Virus record (IMG/VR): IMGVR_UViG_3300010002_000006
Span: 240,739-260,738 of that record
DNA length: 20,000 nt
Direction: 5' to 3' (one strand)
Source: an uncultured virus (IMG/VR IMGVR_UViG_3300010002_000006)
Taxonomy: Duplodnaviria > Heunggongvirae > Uroviricota > Caudoviricetes
Shown here: piece by piece, positions 8,413 to 16,186 of the stretch
Position numbering within the stretch: the first letter of the stretch is position 1
Layout: every line of letters starts with the position of its first letter
Translations under genes and position numbers: made by a program
Notes under the pieces: model-generated
What the model was told of the DNA's origin: nothing
Databases searched by the model: none
What the model saw: the letters and a program-made list of their open reading frames with translations, nothing else

Positions 8413-8440
8413 ACTGACCCAGGGAAATCCCTGAGCCAGT
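8413..8440 (-). terminator. Intrinsic terminator after the chaperonin
   Basis: Minus strand ACTGGCTCAGGG-attt-CCCTGGGTCAGT (two G:U pairs) followed by GTCTTTCTTTAATTATTTTTTTTT. Confidence 0.85.
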
Positions 8441-8454
8441 ACCTGGTTACGTAG

Positions 8455-10020
8455 TTAGTATCTCCGATTAGAACGACCCATGATATTGTTGGTTTTACCC
8501 AGAGTCTTCGCGGTTGCCCACGCGCCCTCAAGTGCAATCATGGTAGCAGCAGCATTATCAAATACAGCAGTCGGCTTATCAGAAACATCACCTGTAACCA
8601 AATCGATATACTTCCCGAAATCCTCGTCATCGCGTTCGATGTCGGTCAGGTGTGTATATTGATAGGTCAACAGTTCGGCAAGATCTTGGCGCAACTGTTC
8701 GAGTCCCTCATCAGATTGTTTTGGCTGAGCGAGAATGAACTTAGATGCTTCCATATAGCCGTAGCCAATGCCAGGCAGCACACCGTATTGCAGACCGGTA
8801 CGCGCTGCTTTCATTACATCTTCGTAACGATAGTAACGCTCCATGGTATCTGACTCGGTGACGCCAGTGACTTTGATGGTCACGTTGTTGGCACGCAGAC
8901 AGGAGATGCGGGTGAACAGGGCATTACCGATTGGGGTACCACGCTCAACCACTGACAGCTCATTATAACGAACATCCAGATCTTCCAGGATCTTGTCTGC
9001 TGCTTCTTTTACCGAAGGCTGTTCGCCGTTGATGAAGAGGCCGCGTGCATGGATAATGAAATCGGCAGTGTTAGTGCAGACGTCACTGTCCTGAATTGCC
9101 CGCAGGTTATAGCAGACCGTACCGCCCAGCAGCGCTGCCTGATCGGCAACCACAGCAGAACCCAGACGACCAGAGACACCCATGGTGACCGCAATCAGTT
9201 TAGGAACACGGGTGGTGAAGTTCGCATTATAGTGCTTGATCACCTGCAGAGCATTCTGATCAAAGTTACGGGCAAACAACAGTACCGGACGATCACTACC
9301 GGATACCATGACATCAATGCTTTCTTGTGTCAGAGTGTTCACGGTTTCATCCACAAACACCAGACGCGCAATACCGGCGCCGACACTCAGACCTTTTTGA
9401 CCGGCGGTGCTGTTCATCTGGTCATCAGCGAACTTACTGTCAAACACAATGTCAGACGTTTCTTCGACACCATCTTCTTTCAAAGAGGGAACGCGGACCA
9501 AACGGATATTGGGTTTGTCATAGGTCTGATAGATCGTCAACACTTTCTTCACGATCTCTTCTTCGTAGTTCGACGAGGTCATCAGCATGCTGCGAAACTC
9601 AGGTGAGTCCACTTTACACTCGATGATCTGTTTGCCCAGGAAGTCGCGCACATCGCGAATCAGTCCATCCAGATAACGCAGGTTCTTAAACGTCATCGCG
9701 TCTTTGAACTTGTTGTACAGGTGATAGGTTTGGAACACCGTGGTGGTGGTGCCGTCACCGACTTCGTTATCAGTTAAGATCGCCGGCTCGGTAATGATCG
9801 CCGAGATCAGGTTTTTACGGGCTTCGTTGAAGTCCAGGGCTTTGGCCACTGAGACGCCATCTTTGGTAACTTTGGGTTGGTTGGTTTGGTTGATTACCAC
9901 ATACCGACCATTTGGACCCATGGTAGAACAAACTGATTCAAACGCATCCTGCATGACTGCATCAACGATCTCACGGGTTTCGTTTTTGTTGGTGAAAGTT
10001 TGCTCGGCTAATACTGACAT
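8455..10020 (-). CDS. groEL: Phage-encoded GroEL-like chaperonin (EL gp146/OBP gp246-type)
   Basis: 521 aa; STMGPNG, VTKDGVSVAK, GDGTTTT, ERYYRYEDVMKAAR (D398 equivalent), GVLPGIG. Divergent apical domain and no GGM tail. AAGGA SD. Confidence 0.93.
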   Translation of the reverse strand: MSVLAEQTFTNKNETREIVDAVMQDAFESVCSTMGPNGRYVVINQTNQPKVTKDGVSVAKALDFNEARKNLISAIITEPAILTDNEVGDGTTTTVFQTYHLYNKFKDAMTFKNLRYLDGLIRDVRDFLGKQIIECKVDSPEFRSMLMTSSNYEEEIVKKVLTIYQTYDKPNIRLVRVPSLKEDGVEETSDIVFDSKFADDQMNSTAGQKGLSVGAGIARLVFVDETVNTLTQESIDVMVSGSDRPVLLFARNFDQNALQVIKHYNANFTTRVPKLIAVTMGVSGRLGSAVVADQAALLGGTVCYNLRAIQDSDVCTNTADFIIHARGLFINGEQPSVKEAADKILEDLDVRYNELSVVERGTPIGNALFTRISCLRANNVTIKVTGVTESDTMERYYRYEDVMKAARTGLQYGVLPGIGYGYMEASKFILAQPKQSDEGLEQLRQDLAELLTYQYTHLTDIERDDEDFGKYIDLVTGDVSDKPTAVFDNAAATMIALEGAWATAKTLGKTNNIMGRSNRRY

Positions 10021-10065
10021 AAAGTAATCCTTCTGTTCTCTAAGTGATAGCGTGGGGGCGCTTGT

Positions 10066-10395
10066 TTAAATTTCAATTTCCATGCGGCTAGCAAAATCCA
10101 CAGGACGCCGATGGAAGAGCTGTCCTGTTTCAATGTCCTGATACACCACTACGTCGGTCCATTCGTTGCCTGAGGGTAGGCTGACGGCTGTAGGGTCACG
10201 TTGGTACACCAATATTCCACGGGGGCCGAGATGTACATTAACGTTCTCCTTGCGACTTTGTCCTGCACCGATACTCAAACCCAACGCTTTGAAATAGCTG
10301 GGAATGCTGGTTGGAAATTCAGGCTTGGCGGTACCAAGTAATCTGTATTTCCCGCCTTTGCCGATACAGGTGTAAGTTGCCAGAGATTTTGTCAT
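10066..10395 (-). CDS. DUF1653-like small beta protein (109 aa)
   Basis: Start moved to ATG 10395 (ATGA overlap with the upstream gene). KGGKYRLLGTA...VVVYQDIETGQLFHRRPVDF fits the KG..Y...VVY...R...F pattern of DUF1653. Confidence 0.6.
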   Translation of the reverse strand: MTKSLATYTCIGKGGKYRLLGTAKPEFPTSIPSYFKALGLSIGAGQSRKENVNVHLGPRGILVYQRDPTAVSLPSGNEWTDVVVYQDIETGQLFHRRPVDFASRMEIEI

Positions 10396-10604
10396 GCAGT
10401 CGTCTTCCTCGCCAACCACACATAAAACAGCGGCCAGCCCAGGATTAAACCCAGTGTGATGCGGAAATAGGTCAGTCGCGCCTGCAGTGTTTTACGCTTG
10501 CTCAGACCTTCGCCAAATACCCACATGAATTTCATCCACGTAAAGGTACCTGAAGATAACCACATCAAAATGAATATTGCTGCAACAACCGAGAGGTATG
10601 TCAT
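10392..10604 (-). CDS. Small 2-TM membrane protein (70 aa)
   Basis: Two hydrophobic segments separated by a basic loop; starts 6 nt after the clpP stop. Confidence 0.75.
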   Translation of the reverse strand: MTYLSVVAAIFILMWLSSGTFTWMKFMWVFGEGLSKRKTLQARLTYFRITLGLILGWPLFYVWLARKTTA

Positions 10605-10610
10605 ATATTA

Positions 10611-11285
10611 TTATTCTACCGTTGGAAGAGTTTTTAGATCAGCTCGAGTGTGTAGTCCAACATCGATCTGTTTGAGACCGTCACGTGTTTTGATCAAGAA
10701 TTGACCCACGTCGGTTTCCTTGATGATCAGTCCATCGATCCATCCATTTTCGCCAATATCCAGGAGTTGATATCCATAAAGGATGATATCGTCTCCGTCA
10801 TACTTCTTGAACTCTTTCTTTGAGAGTCCTACTCGTTCACGACAACGATCATTGACAAAATTGATCGCCTCCTGACAATATTTTATTTTGTTTTCTAAAA
10901 TTTCCTGGCGTTCCTCAAAACTGAACGTTGCACCGTGCATAGTAAAGACAGAACTCGGGTACGTCAGATTCAGAGCGTCGTTTATAAGTGGTAACGTTAC
11001 TGCAGCCGATGCATTAAACAACTGAGAAATATAAGTCGCCTTAATGTTCTTGGTTTCCAGTAACTCAGCAAACATATTGGCAGTGTGAACACTGCCACCG
11101 GGGGAGGTCATCCAAATCATAAGGTGCGAGCCAAAAGGCATCTTCCTGATTTCATTGAAAAGATCTTCCATCTCATGCGCGATAATCTTACTTCGCAAAA
11201 AGAGCTGATAGAGGCCCGGTTTTTCTTTTTCTGTTTCAGCGGCAGCGGAATCCACAACTGCGGCTTGTTGTTCTTCAAGTGACAT
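10611..11285 (-). CDS. clpP: ClpP-family (S14) serine protease
   Basis: MTSPGGSV, NASAA (catalytic Ser), FTMHG (His), GDDII (Asp), GWIDG; TAAGGA SD. Confidence 0.85.
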   Translation of the reverse strand: MSLEEQQAAVVDSAAAETEKEKPGLYQLFLRSKIIAHEMEDLFNEIRKMPFGSHLMIWMTSPGGSVHTANMFAELLETKNIKATYISQLFNASAAVTLPLINDALNLTYPSSVFTMHGATFSFEERQEILENKIKYCQEAINFVNDRCRERVGLSKKEFKKYDGDDIILYGYQLLDIGENGWIDGLIIKETDVGQFLIKTRDGLKQIDVGLHTRADLKTLPTVE

Positions 11286-11317
11286 ATCCAGGGATCCTTA
11301 TAAAGAAACTTATCGGT

Positions 11318-11342
11318 TATACACCTAGATAATATCGGTTTG
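11318..11342 (-). promoter_or_regulatory. Putative phage-RNAP early promoter, copy 3
   Basis: Minus strand CAAACCGATATTATCTAGGTGTATA, 32 nt upstream of the clpP ATG. Confidence 0.75.
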
Positions 11343-11363
11343 ATTTATTTTTAAAGAGCTAAA

Positions 11364-11756
11364 TTACTGGTACCACATTTGATGAGGAATATCCTGAAAC
11401 ATTACAGCGCGCATCATTATAAATACCGATATAACGATCGCTGCACAGATTGCGTAATACGTTAAAGAACGCATCCAGGTAAAGCGAGCGGTAATGATTT
11501 CCACGAAGGGTGATGCAGTGACCATGATGAACACAACAAACATTAACGTCCAGAACAAGAACGCCCGGTAGTCCCCGATCAATGCAAGTACAATCCCGCC
11601 TGCAATAATAGAACACGCCCAGTCATTACCTTTCACCCACTTCATACGGGTGATGAGCAATAACCTCAACAATACACCCAATGACAACCAAAAGAAAAAC
11701 GCCAGTGCCTCTAAACCAAATCCTACTGCGGTATCAAACACTGCACCAATATTCAT
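11364..11756 (-). CDS. Multi-pass (about 4 TM) membrane protein
   Basis: 130 aa, four hydrophobic segments, AGGA SD. Confidence 0.8.
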   Translation of the reverse strand: MNIGAVFDTAVGFGLEALAFFFWLSLGVLLRLLLITRMKWVKGNDWACSIIAGGIVLALIGDYRAFLFWTLMFVVFIMVTASPFVEIITARFTWMRSLTYYAICAAIVISVFIMMRAVMFQDIPHQMWYQ

Positions 11757-11775
11757 GTTCTCTTCCTAAATAAGG

Positions 11776-11793
11776 GAGGGGATTACTCCCCTC
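11776..11793 (-). terminator. Short hairpin or weak terminator
   Basis: GAGGGGA-gtaa-TCCCCTC (GNRA loop) followed by CCTTATTT. Confidence 0.5.
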
Positions 11794-11798
11794 AATGT

Positions 11799-12089
11799 TT
11801 ACTTACGACGGTTACGCTTGTTGCCTTTCACCAGTGACTTATAAGATACTGGTTTAGGTTCAGTAACAACAGCAAGCCGAGGTGCCTTGTAAGAATCCAC
11901 GTCATCACTGTGAACCAGCACGCCATTGATATTGAAGAACTTGCTACCCAGACGAATGTCTTCACCGGGCACTTTCACAAAGCCGTACTGACCGGCCAAA
12001 ACAATCACCTGGGGCTCAGAGCGTACCGCCCAGAACGGTGCCATGTTGGGAACTTTGGCAGCCAGAGTAGGTTCAAGATTAAACTGCAT
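11799..12089 (-). CDS. Hypothetical basic-tailed protein (96 aa)
   Basis: Start moved to ATG 12089 (MQFNLEP...) with AGGAG SD; overlaps the DHFR stop by 11 nt. Confidence 0.75.
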   Translation of the reverse strand: MQFNLEPTLAAKVPNMAPFWAVRSEPQVIVLAGQYGFVKVPGEDIRLGSKFFNINGVLVHSDDVDSYKAPRLAVVTEPKPVSYKSLVKGNKRNRRK

Positions 12090-12795
12090 CGGGAACTCCT
12101 GGTAAGACGTATTCGGCGACAAAACCTTCGGCAGGTTTCAGACCGTAACTGATTTTGATGATGTCTGAATCAAGCATGGCTACCGCCTCGGTGGTGGTAT
12201 CCCACACTTCAAACACCGGCTTCAGTGTGCTCAGCGCATCACGGTACACCAAACGCCATTTGTCAAGGTTCAAATCAACAAAAGTATCTGCAGCAAATTG
12301 GCCCTCAAACGTGGTGAGATAGATTCTTGAGGTCCACTCCATGAACGCCTCATAAATCTTGGCTCCACCGATAACCATGACTTCACCACCTTTGTGGAAT
12401 GACCCCAGGTTGGTTGAGAGAAACTCCTTCACCAACGACGGACTTTTACAGATCTTGATCACCGGTGCTTTGGACGCAGGCTCTTTGGTGTCGTAGAACG
12501 CCGACATCACACGCTCAACGTCTACCGTGACTTCAGCACTGTGCTTCTCAGTGATCACGATGTTGATACGACCCGGCAGCGGTTTACGACCAATGCTGAC
12601 CCAGGTGTTGTAACCCATGATGATGATCTTGCCCGCAGTGTGTTGACGGAACCAGGCCATGTCATCCTTGTTGTCCACAATGCCTTTCCACGGCAGGCTA
12701 TTCGCCAGACCAATACCACCACGTTCGTCACGCGCCAGAATCAGGGAATAATGAATCGGGGAGACATAAGAAAGACCAACTTTAAAATAATCCAT
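12079..12795 (-). CDS. folA: Dihydrofolate reductase
   Basis: LILARDERGGIG..NSLPW...DMAWFR..T.GK.IIMG..TW.SI..KPLPGRINIVIT, VIGGAKIY, ADTF. Has an internal insertion and a C-terminal extension. Confidence 0.95.
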   Translation of the reverse strand: MDYFKVGLSYVSPIHYSLILARDERGGIGLANSLPWKGIVDNKDDMAWFRQHTAGKIIIMGYNTWVSIGRKPLPGRINIVITEKHSAEVTVDVERVMSAFYDTKEPASKAPVIKICKSPSLVKEFLSTNLGSFHKGGEVMVIGGAKIYEAFMEWTSRIYLTTFEGQFAADTFVDLNLDKWRLVYRDALSTLKPVFEVWDTTTEAVAMLDSDIIKISYGLKPAEGFVAEYVLPGVPDAV

Positions 12796-12804
12796 ACTGC
12801 TCTC

Positions 12805-13296
12805 CTAAATGGTTTTGGCCATGTATACCTGTGTGCAGGAATATTGCATGGCATCGTAAAAACGTTTGGCATTAGTGTTACCACCCAGCACTGCTAGGCG
12901 AACTAAATCACAGCCCATCTTTTTGGCAACATCTTCCGCATCGTGAACCAACGCTTTGCCATAACCTTTACGTCGATACTTGGACACGATATGCAGGAAC
13001 CCCAACAACCCGATCATCTCATTCCCATTTTGCACCGGCCGCAGCATAATGGTTCCGATCACATCCTGAGTGGGTTTATGTTGGAGCACTAAGAGGTAAT
13101 TGCCCTCGGTTACAAATTCAACCAGAGTGTTCTTGTTCCCGATGGCTTCTTCGACCTGGAAGTTAAATGCCCGCATCGGGTGTTCATAATCCACCAGGGC
13201 ATTCATGGTTTCCAGGATCGCACTCTCCCACTCCGGGATTAGCCCTTTCTTGACGTCTTCATGACTCAAGATCCACAGCTCGGTGTTGCGTTTCAT
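12805..13296 (-). CDS. GNAT-family N-acetyltransferase
   Basis: Acetyl-CoA motif A (HIVSKYRRKGYGKAL) and L.V...N..AKRFY...Y. Confidence 0.9.
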   Translation of the reverse strand: MKRNTELWILSHEDVKKGLIPEWESAILETMNALVDYEHPMRAFNFQVEEAIGNKNTLVEFVTEGNYLLVLQHKPTQDVIGTIMLRPVQNGNEMIGLLGFLHIVSKYRRKGYGKALVHDAEDVAKKMGCDLVRLAVLGGNTNAKRFYDAMQYSCTQVYMAKTI

Positions 13297-13969
13297 GTTC
13301 AGGCTGTCCTGTTTGACTTAACTGGTAAAGATGCATTTCCAGCGCTTCGATGCTACGGAATTTACGCTGATGTTGATAGGCGTCATAGTGACAGAGTTCC
13401 TCGTACACCATGACACACGGGTTATACTCGTGAACACTCTGCAGGTCACCAAACGGATTATCATCCAGTAACACGATCTCATGATCCGGATAGTGTTCTT
13501 TTAAATAGGCGATCTTGTTAGCGTATTGACCACCATGAATAAAGTGAAGGTCATCAAACAGATCACGCGCACCATGATTCACCAACCAGGTATCGGTATT
13601 GGTTTGTACCGAAGCTTCATGGTTTCGATGAGTGGCCACCACAGAGGTAAACCGATCACCCAAGATCATCCGCAGGTTTTCCACCAGATTACGCAAACCA
13701 CCGTTGGTCAGCAGTGCGGTAGGTTTCACGGTATTAACGTAGCTGCCTTCACGGATGATCAAGGGATTGATCAGTTTGCGCAAATGCTCCGGGTAGAGCA
13801 TGGTTGATTGGGTACCGGTTTGCAGGTTGGTGTGATAACGACGGTAAACATCATAGAGGTCATCAAACTGTGCCAGCCCATAAAGAATCTGACGCAACCG
13901 GTTCACCACTTCGGTTTGGGTGTCGCACAGTGTGTCGTCTAAATCAACTGCCAATAATACTTTCTTCAT
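13259..13969 (-). CDS. HAD-superfamily phosphatase, 5'(3')-deoxyribonucleotidase-like
   Basis: N-terminal AVDLDDTL (DxDxT), central ATHR, NK, and C-terminal LLDDNP; AAGGA SD. Confidence 0.8.
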   Translation of the reverse strand: MKKVLLAVDLDDTLCDTQTEVVNRLRQILYGLAQFDDLYDVYRRYHTNLQTGTQSTMLYPEHLRKLINPLIIREGSYVNTVKPTALLTNGGLRNLVENLRMILGDRFTSVVATHRNHEASVQTNTDTWLVNHGARDLFDDLHFIHGGQYANKIAYLKEHYPDHEIVLLDDNPFGDLQSVHEYNPCVMVYEELCHYDAYQHQRKFRSIEALEMHLYQLSQTGQPEHETQHRAVDLES

Positions 13970-14006
13970 TATAATATCCTTGAAACAAAAAAAATTTAGT
14001 AAACAC

Positions 14007-14057
14007 TCAATTGCATCAGCAGTATAAGGTTAATACCCTATGCGCTGATGCAATTGA
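14007..14057 (-). other. Long intergenic stem-loop (RNA processing/stabilising element or attenuating terminator)
   Basis: TCAATTGCATCAGC (14007-14020) pairs perfectly with GCTGATGCAATTGA (14044-14057), and an inner imperfect stem extends it to about 22 bp. Confidence 0.7.
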
Positions 14058-14068
14058 TTTTCGTTTCA

Positions 14069-14398
14069 TTACGCCGCCATTACGATGCTGTTGAATGCAG
14101 CTGCAGTAGCTTCATCCCATACACCGGTATTACGCAGAGCTTTCATGTTGTTAACTTCAGCCAAATCGTTATACCAAGTCTGGAAAGTTTCAACGCCTGA
14201 TTCAGTGATGCGAGTACGGAACAGTGGCAGTGCACCAAACACTTTGCGTGCCAGAGTTTTCAGAACAGCGATTGCGGTATAACCAATGGTTGCTTCTTTA
14301 GCAACGTTGCCATCGAACTTAGACAGAGTCTTCAGCATGAATGCAACGCCATCGTTGTTACGGGTATTGTAGTGGTTTACTTCAGCATAGTTGTACAT
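14069..14398 (-). CDS. Small protein with a degenerate peptidoglycan-binding-domain-like fold (109 aa)
   Basis: GVETFQTWYN...LRNTGVWDEATAAAF resembles the PGBD pattern V..FQ...L..TG..D..T..A. AAGGA SD; first gene after promoter copy 4. Confidence 0.6.
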   Translation of the reverse strand: MYNYAEVNHYNTRNNDGVAFMLKTLSKFDGNVAKEATIGYTAIAVLKTLARKVFGALPLFRTRITESGVETFQTWYNDLAEVNNMKALRNTGVWDEATAAAFNSIVMAA

Positions 14399-14442
14399 AA
14401 TAATATCCTTGTAAGTTGAATTAAGTTTAAACTATTGTAGTT

Positions 14443-14485
14443 TATTCACTTTAATTATATATGTCTGAAATTTTGTCCAACTGAA
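14443..14485 (-). promoter_or_regulatory. Putative phage-RNAP early promoter, copy 4
   Basis: Minus strand TTCAGTT-N9-TT-CAGACATATATAATTAAAGTGAATA (core 14443-14467). Confidence 0.75.
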
Positions 14486-14495
14486 ATCTGACTCC

Positions 14496-14523
14496 TCCTA
14501 CTCTCCCGTCTGGAAGAGTAGGA
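14496..14523. repeat. CTACTCT-family hairpin without U-tract
   Basis: TCCTACTCTCCC-gtct-GGAAGAGTAGGA (one G:U on the minus strand). Confidence 0.7.
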
Positions 14524-14537
14524 AGAAGAGACTTAGT

Positions 14538-14942
14538 TTATTCGTAAGTACGACGATCTAATAATGACTGCAGACAACGGTAAGTATTGTCTCCCCACTT
14601 GCCATCTTTCTGGGGACGATGTAATGAAGTGAGATTGTTGTTCCACTTCATGAATTTCCAGAAAACCGCTTCGTACCATTTTTGAAATACCTCTACTCCG
14701 TTTTCCCAATAACCAGCTTCAGGTAAAGGAGGAAGTTTAAGGTCTTCTGCGGTGGTGACAAACAGCGAAGCAAGTTCAAACTTCACAAAGTGATTCAGAG
14801 CCGCTAATGTTTTAGGTCCAAACATCCCATCAACTTTAACGACATGACTCATAGTGACGGAATCTTTATGGATATTCCCACTGTTAATCAGAGTTTGGAT
14901 AGAACCGACACCGGCGATGTTGATCAGTTGTTGACGTTCCAT
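14538..14942 (-). CDS. Stand-alone peptidoglycan-binding-domain protein (two PGBD-type repeats, 134 aa)
   Basis: VKVDGMFGPKTLAAL and QKDGKWGDNTYRCLQ match the DG.xG..T..A/L PGBD signature. No signal peptide or catalytic domain; GAGG SD. Confidence 0.75.
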   Translation of the reverse strand: MERQQLINIAGVGSIQTLINSGNIHKDSVTMSHVVKVDGMFGPKTLAALNHFVKFELASLFVTTAEDLKLPPLPEAGYWENGVEVFQKWYEAVFWKFMKWNNNLTSLHRPQKDGKWGDNTYRCLQSLLDRRTYE

Positions 14943-14963
14943 AAATATAACCTCTAAGTTAGA

Positions 14964-14995
14964 ATTCCTACCTACCCGTGAAGGTAGGTAGGAAT
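14964..14995. repeat. Related hairpin after thyA, no U-tract
   Basis: ATTCCTACCTACC-cgtgaa-GGTAGGTAGGAAT, 13-bp perfect stem. Confidence 0.7.
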
Positions 14996-14998
14996 ATA

Positions 14999-16177
14999 TT
15001 AAATAGCAATAGGGAACTTGATCTTGTCGCCTGACTTATAATCAGTAACAGGAACAAAGTTTGAACGATGGTAGTTAAAGAGGGTCGGTGCTTCATTCAA
15101 GCGCAGTTTGAATTCGCTGTTATGATACTCACCGGTTGCCCAGCGCCGCTGAAGTTCTTTCACACCTTCCAGGTGGTTAACGTAAACATGGGAATCCCAA
15201 CCCCAGTAGTTGACATAACGTGGAATCATATTCAGCTGTTGAGCGAACATCATCAACAAAGCAGAATACATGTTCATGTTAGCCGGCTGACCCAGTACCC
15301 AGTCATTGCTTCGCATCGTGAAGCTCAGATCCAGGTAGTGCGTTGGGATGTCGTATTTACTGAATAACTGAGTAACCTTATTTCCGTGTTCAGTGGCGTC
15401 AGTAATTGGATAGAGATTCTTTTTGTCACTTTCACTAATGACCTTAAAGAGTTCCATCGCTCGATCTTCCCACGGTAACTCCCAAGTATAGAAGCCGAAG
15501 TTAAAGTGACACGGGGTAAGAGCCATGTTTCCTTTCGCGGCATTCTCACGAGGAGAAATCGCTGGATCCGGTAAGAACGATGGGTTCCAGCAATCCACTA
15601 CCAGACGACGACTGTTAGGATCGCGTTTAAGCGTATCCAGCGCATACTGGAGCTGATCAAACGTTGTTCCGTCAGGGTTAGGCCACTTACGCCACATCAC
15701 CCCATACACAGGCCCCAGCTCGCCATTAGGAACTTTCTCGTCGACGAAGTTAGGGATCTCATGCTTATCCAGAAGTTCATCGATTTCAACCTGGGAAACA
15801 ATCGACATTGCCGCCAGCATTTCGGTGACTGGCACGCCGCGGTCATTCGCCAAAAGCTTCAGACGTTCAACACGGTTAAGTTCGATCTTGTTAACCATGT
15901 TGTCTTTGGTGGCAAAGCCGTTCCAGAACGGACACCCGTTATCTTTCAGGTACTGAATATTAGAACTACCCGACATCATCCAGATCATTTCAGTAATCGG
16001 CTGATGGTATTCAAACGCCCGGCTGAACATCAGCGGATAGTTTTTACGCAGGTCATGCGTATAGTGGATGTTGGGTAATGAGATGACGCCAGTACCGGTA
16101 CGGTCACTACGATGTTGACCTTGTTCGATAATCATCTTCATGGTTTCCATGTACCACTTTTCGTAACTGTTCTTCAT
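14999..16177 (-). CDS. thyA: Thymidylate synthase (with two large insertions)
   Basis: DRTGTG, LGPVYG..WR.W, DQL, SRRL...WN, LTPCH (catalytic Cys), MRSND...G.PAN (Asn177 equivalent), DSHVY.NH. Confidence 0.97.
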   Translation of the reverse strand: MKNSYEKWYMETMKMIIEQGQHRSDRTGTGVISLPNIHYTHDLRKNYPLMFSRAFEYHQPITEMIWMMSGSSNIQYLKDNGCPFWNGFATKDNMVNKIELNRVERLKLLANDRGVPVTEMLAAMSIVSQVEIDELLDKHEIPNFVDEKVPNGELGPVYGVMWRKWPNPDGTTFDQLQYALDTLKRDPNSRRLVVDCWNPSFLPDPAISPRENAAKGNMALTPCHFNFGFYTWELPWEDRAMELFKVISESDKKNLYPITDATEHGNKVTQLFSKYDIPTHYLDLSFTMRSNDWVLGQPANMNMYSALLMMFAQQLNMIPRYVNYWGWDSHVYVNHLEGVKELQRRWATGEYHNSEFKLRLNEAPTLFNYHRSNFVPVTDYKSGDKIKFPIAI

Positions 16178-16186
16178 TACTGGGCC

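Noticed and set aside
10611..11285. ClpP-like gene as prohead maturation protease
   Set aside because: No portal, terminase or capsid genes are adjacent, it follows an early-type motif, and phiKZ-like phages use a different head protease. Not fully excluded.
15360..15910. Intein or intron in thyA
   Set aside because: The insertions are short (about 45-55 aa), in frame, and lack intein splice residues or homing-endonuclease motifs.
14999..16177. ThyA homolog as a dCMP/dUMP hydroxymethylase, implying a modified-base system
   Set aside because: It keeps the Asn177 equivalent (GQPAN) and canonical ThyA motifs, is accompanied by DHFR, and no base-modification genes are in the window.
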